Source: Bacteroidales bacterium
GTDB taxonomy: Bacteria; Bacteroidota; Bacteroidia; Bacteroidales; CAIWKO01
Length of the DNA: 41,805 nt
Assembly: GCA_035389045.1 (NCBI GenBank)
Contig: DAOORA010000036.1
Coordinates: 1 to 41,805 of the forward strand
Reading direction: 5' to 3'
Numbering within the stretch: the first letter of the stretch is position 1; the number at the start of each line of letters is the position of its first letter. Below, piece after piece: positions 37,323 through 41,805 of this stretch. Made by a program: the position numbers and the translations under genes. The notes beneath the pieces are model-generated. The model searched no databases and was not told where the DNA came from. It saw only the letters and a program-made list of their open reading frames with translations.

Positions 37323-37757
37323 TTACTTCTTTATTTTTACTTCCACATTATCCAGTCCGTTTTCTTCAAACTCATTCAGATATCGTTCCGTCAGCGGGTC
37401 GAGGAGATCCATCTTATCTTCCATGGACATCCCCTTTGCTTTTTCACCCAGATTGTTTTCAACATCCCTTTCGGCAAGCCTGTAGATCAAATGATCCCAG
37501 AAACATTCTTCTTCGTAATCATCCACAATGTCAATAATTTCTTCGTCAAATTCAAGGGCAGGGAGGAATAGCCCTGATTTCTGGTCAAAATCAATCAATT
37601 TTTTCAGGCCTGCTTCCTCAGCTTTTGAGAAGATTGTCTGGACGAGATCGTTAAGAACGATATTTTCCGGTTCATCGATGACCCAATCGCCGACATAAAC
37701 GAGTTTTAAAAGTTCTTTGTACTGTTCAGCCGACAATTCGAGATTTACTTTTTTCAT
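37323..37757 (-). CDS. Hypothetical acidic protein
   Basis: 144 aa, 10 nt downstream of ftcd, FW..L..RLAERD motif. Confidence 0.75.
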   Translation of the reverse strand: MKKVNLELSAEQYKELLKLVYVGDWVIDEPENIVLNDLVQTIFSKAEEAGLKKLIDFDQKSGLFLPALEFDEEIIDIVDDYEEECFWDHLIYRLAERDVENNLGEKAKGMSMEDKMDLLDPLTERYLNEFEENGLDNVEVKIKK

Positions 37758-37767
37758 AATATGTTGT

Positions 37768-39465
37768 TTATAGGTTGATTTTTTCGTTTACAATTTTTAT
37801 GATTTCATCTTCTGCACATATAGCTTTTTTGACAATATCCTCAGCTTTACTGATGATTTCGGACACGTAGTTTTTATCTTTAAGTCCGGAGGCATTGATC
37901 TTCACATTGAGGAATGCGCCCATTACGGCGGAGCGGGCACATAAAGCCCCCACTCCGGCATCAGTTACCGAATTGGGGTTTCCGGTTTCGGCCATCGCCC
38001 TGATCACTTCAAATGATGCTAAAGATTTTTCCATAGTTTTGAAAGGAATTTCAGTAGCGTATCGGGTCGCTTCCTGGATCGCATTATCCCTTATGGCTTT
38101 TTCCTGGTCATTGGACTTGGGCAGCCCGAACGCATTCATTATTTTATTGAAAGCGTTTGTGTCTTCATCAACCAGAGCGATCAATTCATCTTTCAGCATT
38201 TGTCCTTTTTCAGCCCATTCGCTGAATTCATCCCATCGTTCATCCCATCCCGGCTTATGCGATGAGAGGTTTGCCACCATGGTAGCCAGCGATACGCCCA
38301 GTGCGCCCATATATGCCGAAACAGAGCCTCCGCCGGGGGCAGGGGATTCTGACGCTGTTTCGTCAGCAAAACCGCTGCAGGTCATGTCTACCAGTTTCCC
38401 GGGTTTATTTATCTCTTTATCTTCAAGAACAAACTCGATGATTTTCTCTCTGGGGTTAAATGGCTTGAGGTCGTCAAGTCCCAGAGATTTTACGGCAATT
38501 TTTATCAACTCGTCACGGGATATTCCCACCGACCGTTGTTGTTTTTTTAGAAAATATTTTCCGGCATCCAGCATGGCTTTTAGCGGTATCAATCCCACAA
38601 TTTCCGAGCCGGTGGCACGAAGTCCTCGTTCTTCTGCTTTTCTGCACGTTTCCTCAAAAGCAACATGCACAGGTGTGATGCTGATATTGGTGAGGTTAAT
38701 GGAAATTTGTGCGATGCCATATTCTTCTATAAACCATCCGATAGCTTTGCAGGCTTTGAGTGAACCGGGTATCATCACCGGGTTTCCTTTTTCGTTTTTA
38801 ACTATCTTTCCGGTAATAGGGTTGCCTTCGCGCATCGGTCGTCCTTTTTCACGGATATCAAAAGCCACGGCGTTGGCACGGCGGGTAGAGGTCGTATTCA
38901 GATTTACATTATATGCCACCAGGAAATCCCGTGCGCCGATAGCTGTAGCTCCCGCCTGGGCATTGAACACCGCAGGCCCGAAATCGGGCTTCCAGTGAGG
39001 ATCCGACAGCTTTTTCGAAAGTCCTTCATACTCTCCTGAACGGCAATTGGCCAGGTTTCTTCGTTCTTCGTTAAAAGCTGCATTTTCATAACAATATACG
39101 GGAATGTCAAGTTCTTTGCCTACACGTTCGGCCAGCTTACGTGCATAAGCCACCGTTTCCTCCATAGTAATACCCGCAATCGGGACCAATGGACATACGT
39201 CGGTGGCGCCAAAACGGGGATGTTCGCCCTTGTGTTTACGCATGTCGATAATTTCTGCTGCTTTTTTTATTCCTCTGAAAGCCCCTTCGATTATGGCATC
39301 AGGCTCTCCGGCTATGGTAACCACCGTACGGTTGGTCGCTTTGCCCGGATCAACATCGAGCAGCTGAACGCCCGAAACAGATTCCATGGCATCGGTGATC
39401 TGTTTAATGATCATCATATCGTTTCCCTCGCTGAAGTTGGGAACACACTCAATAAGTTGTCTCAT
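37768..39465 (-). CDS. ftcD: Glutamate formimidoyltransferase / formiminotetrahydrofolate cyclodeaminase
   Basis: IECVPNFSEG, HPRFGATDVCP, GAR.FL.AYN; cyclodeaminase domain PAPGGGS, GNPNSVTDAGV, NV.IN. Confidence 0.93.
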   Translation of the reverse strand: MRQLIECVPNFSEGNDMMIIKQITDAMESVSGVQLLDVDPGKATNRTVVTIAGEPDAIIEGAFRGIKKAAEIIDMRKHKGEHPRFGATDVCPLVPIAGITMEETVAYARKLAERVGKELDIPVYCYENAAFNEERRNLANCRSGEYEGLSKKLSDPHWKPDFGPAVFNAQAGATAIGARDFLVAYNVNLNTTSTRRANAVAFDIREKGRPMREGNPITGKIVKNEKGNPVMIPGSLKACKAIGWFIEEYGIAQISINLTNISITPVHVAFEETCRKAEERGLRATGSEIVGLIPLKAMLDAGKYFLKKQQRSVGISRDELIKIAVKSLGLDDLKPFNPREKIIEFVLEDKEINKPGKLVDMTCSGFADETASESPAPGGGSVSAYMGALGVSLATMVANLSSHKPGWDERWDEFSEWAEKGQMLKDELIALVDEDTNAFNKIMNAFGLPKSNDQEKAIRDNAIQEATRYATEIPFKTMEKSLASFEVIRAMAETGNPNSVTDAGVGALCARSAVMGAFLNVKINASGLKDKNYVSEIISKAEDIVKKAICAEDEIIKIVNEKINL

Positions 39466-39489
39466 AGTTTAATTAGTTTTTACGAGCCG

Positions 39490-39497
39490 CAAAATTA
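39490..39497 (-). promoter_or_regulatory. -7 promoter box for ftcd
   Basis: TAATTTTG on the minus strand. Confidence 0.5.
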
Positions 39498-39550
39498 GTA
39501 TTTATTTGTACCCGATTTTCCTTTTTCCTTTTATTTAGTGCTTGCAAATA

Positions 39551-41746
39551 CTATTTAATATTCAGTTCAATAAAGGCTTTAGGCGTTTTCATCTCTTCCG
39601 GTAGATTGCGGGAATCAGCTTTTTTAAACGCTACCGAGCCGGGGGGTATTGATTTCCCGGCAAAGTAGTCCTTAATAAGGTTTTCGCGTTTGAGCAAAAG
39701 ATTGTCGAATTTTTGGTCCACATGTTCGGCGCCGGCTATCTGGATACAGCGGGAGGCAAGATTTCCCTGTTCATCGTTGCCTTCTATCCCAAGAAAAGTG
39801 AGAAAAGCCGGATCCGAATCGTCCAGTTTCGAAGCTGCACTTCTTAATTGAGTTGTATCGGAGCCCGTCAGGGCCGTTTTGGATACGAATTGATATTTTA
39901 CATCCTGGATGGCGATCATTGACTTTTCCTTCTCAGGATCGGTGGTCTGCACAAAAGTAAAATTCAGTTCAGGTTTTTTGGTGATGATCTCGGCAATTTT
40001 ATCGAGTTTGCTCTTCTGGTCTGCTGTCAGGCTGTCCTGAAGGTATTCAAAAGGTATTTGTTTTATGCTTTCAGGATTGGCGCCGAATAGTTTTCCTAAA
40101 GCATTGAACGGCGCTGTCACGGCCTTAAGAAGGAACTCTTCAAGGGTTTTCCAGATGATCTTCCGCAGCCTGAACGAAGGATCCGAGGGTTTGCCTGAGA
40201 CGGGCAAATCTATCCCGATCATGCCCTCCCGGTCTTTGATGATGTACAAAGCCAGAATTACCGGCACTTTGTATGCGGTTGTGTCTTTTGTTTTTTTACC
40301 GAATTCGACATGTGCCAGTTTCAGATTGTTGAGGTTGTCCAGCAGATTGGGCGTCATTTTCAGTGTACAATCATAGTTAAAGGTTCCCCGCGTGATCGGC
40401 CGGGCCAGGTAATATTCCGAATAGGGCGAAAAAGTAACCATATCAAGGTCAGCGATACTCCCTTTAAAAATAATATTCGATGTATTTACCATATCAATAG
40501 TGCCTTGGCCTTTGAAGGTGCCTGGTCCGTTCAGGTTCATACTGAAGTCAACAGGCACATTGGTTGCCAGATCATGGAATCCGTGCATATCTATATCGAG
40601 ATTTTTAATATTAAATTTGAAAGGCCGGTTAAGCGTGAGATCCGAAAAGTCAATAGCTCCGTCTCTGATGACCAGGCTGTCAATGGAATAATGGGTGACC
40701 GATGAATCTGCAATGGTATCAGCTGTTTTGGTGGTGTCATTGAGCAGCGGCGCTAATATCCGCTGAACATTGGTGGTGCCTTTTTCGAGCACTGCAACAA
40801 TATTGAGTTCCTCAAGTGCCACCTTGCCAATGCAAAAGTTCGATCTTCCGATATCCAGCGAATCAATCCTGACATATAAATCTTTCAAAGAACAGAATGG
40901 TTTGTTATCTGTTTCATTAACAACAAGGTTTTTCAAGCCTGCTTCCCCTTTAACAATGATATTGGTAATGTCTTTTAGTTCCACGTCCACCTTCAGATCC
41001 GTATAAAGTTTGCCGCTGCTGATGTTGGCATCTATAAATGGTTGGGCATAACCGGCAAAAGGTGTAATATCAATATTATCCGTTTTCAATGATACGGAGT
41101 ATTTGCCGGCAGCCTGGTTTATCATGCCATCCACAGCTACTTCTCCATCCGTGCCCAGAATGAATTCCACACCCATTTTGGATTGTTTACTGTTCCAGGA
41201 AATTTCCGGGACTTTGACACTCAGGCTTTTAAGCTCGGTATTCATGTTCGATGATTTATCTTCATAACTGATATATCCTTCGCTGATACTGAGGTTTTTC
41301 ACCAGAAATTTCAGTGTATCTGTTTTTTCTTCAGCAACGGTGTCTTCTATTTCTGTGGTGTCCGAAGAAGTAATAAGGTCGTTGAAGTTAAAAACGCTAT
41401 CGGCATAAATGATTGAAACCTGTGGTCTGACCAACCTGATCTCAGAAAAAGCAATTTCGTTATGCAGAAGATTCCAGGGGTCGAAATTTACAAATAACTC
41501 ACTGAAATTTACAAATTTGTCTTTCTGGTTGGTTTCATACATGGCAAAGTTCTCTGCTCTTACGGTACATTTAAAATAATTGATATGAAGTTCCTGCAGA
41601 TCCACTTTGCGCCCAATCAGTTCCACGCTGTTTTTTACCAGATACCATCTGATGATGTCCGACAGAAAAAACAAAAATAAAAACAGCAACAGGCCAATGC
41701 TGACAAGTATTATATACCTTTTTTTTATCCCGAATTTCTTTTTCAT
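39551..41746 (-). CDS. DUF748 / AsmA-like membrane-anchored protein
   Basis: N-terminal anchor, FNF.DL, repeated beta segments, D..G.I.IDLPVSG...DP.F, KAVTAPF.ALG. Confidence 0.82.
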   Translation of the reverse strand: MKKKFGIKKRYIILVSIGLLLFLFLFFLSDIIRWYLVKNSVELIGRKVDLQELHINYFKCTVRAENFAMYETNQKDKFVNFSELFVNFDPWNLLHNEIAFSEIRLVRPQVSIIYADSVFNFNDLITSSDTTEIEDTVAEEKTDTLKFLVKNLSISEGYISYEDKSSNMNTELKSLSVKVPEISWNSKQSKMGVEFILGTDGEVAVDGMINQAAGKYSVSLKTDNIDITPFAGYAQPFIDANISSGKLYTDLKVDVELKDITNIIVKGEAGLKNLVVNETDNKPFCSLKDLYVRIDSLDIGRSNFCIGKVALEELNIVAVLEKGTTNVQRILAPLLNDTTKTADTIADSSVTHYSIDSLVIRDGAIDFSDLTLNRPFKFNIKNLDIDMHGFHDLATNVPVDFSMNLNGPGTFKGQGTIDMVNTSNIIFKGSIADLDMVTFSPYSEYYLARPITRGTFNYDCTLKMTPNLLDNLNNLKLAHVEFGKKTKDTTAYKVPVILALYIIKDREGMIGIDLPVSGKPSDPSFRLRKIIWKTLEEFLLKAVTAPFNALGKLFGANPESIKQIPFEYLQDSLTADQKSKLDKIAEIITKKPELNFTFVQTTDPEKEKSMIAIQDVKYQFVSKTALTGSDTTQLRSAASKLDDSDPAFLTFLGIEGNDEQGNLASRCIQIAGAEHVDQKFDNLLLKRENLIKDYFAGKSIPPGSVAFKKADSRNLPEEMKTPKAFIELNIK

Positions 41747-41757
41747 TGTTAAAACTT

Positions 41758-41805
41758 AGAAACTGTTTTGATTTTATGTTACATAAGATTTATGATGGAT
41801 TTTTT
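41758..41805. mobile_element. Left part of MITE family A, uninterrupted (truncated by window end)
   Basis: Equals 3022-3049 joined directly to 3222-3241. Confidence 0.85.

Noticed and set aside
37895..38998. 367-aa ORF on +
   Set aside because: Antisense shadow of ftcd with no recognisable motifs
34427..39465. Folate super-cluster (pabABC near ftcd)
   Set aside because: Separated by unrelated genes in separate transcription units; proximity alone is not evidence

Overview
A 41.8-kb chromosomal-type segment from a Bacteroidota (probably Bacteroidales-like) genome. The assignment is inferred from TAnnTTTG promoter boxes, four proteins with T9SS C-terminal sorting domains and the gene content. 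Housekeeping genes (ygiQ-like radical SAM, 2-hydroxyacid dehydrogenase, PFK, mfd, thrS-infC-rpmI-rplT, pabABC, ftcd, a DUF748-like protein) are interleaved with an AT-rich accessory block at about 11.5-27 kb. That block holds a beta-propeller sensor kinase, a NarL-type regulator, two T9SS cargo proteins, a HAD + nucleoside-hydrolase pair, a PNGase-F-like T9SS protein and a REP-associated tyrosine transposase (RAYT) locus. The RAYT locus (24979-27030) is the most unusual structure. About ten REP hairpins punctuate an intact RAYT, an internally deleted RAYT, two identical 143-bp units carrying an alternative RAYT C-terminus and two extra copies of the neighbouring gene's 3' end, with recurrent junction sequences. 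Other notable items are a nest of MITEs at 3022-3354 whose outer element also forms both window ends (with an 8-bp TSD-like match across them), a polarised 24-unit octamer array and a candidate structured RNA upstream of mfd. All product calls come from motif recognition by eye; no database search was run.
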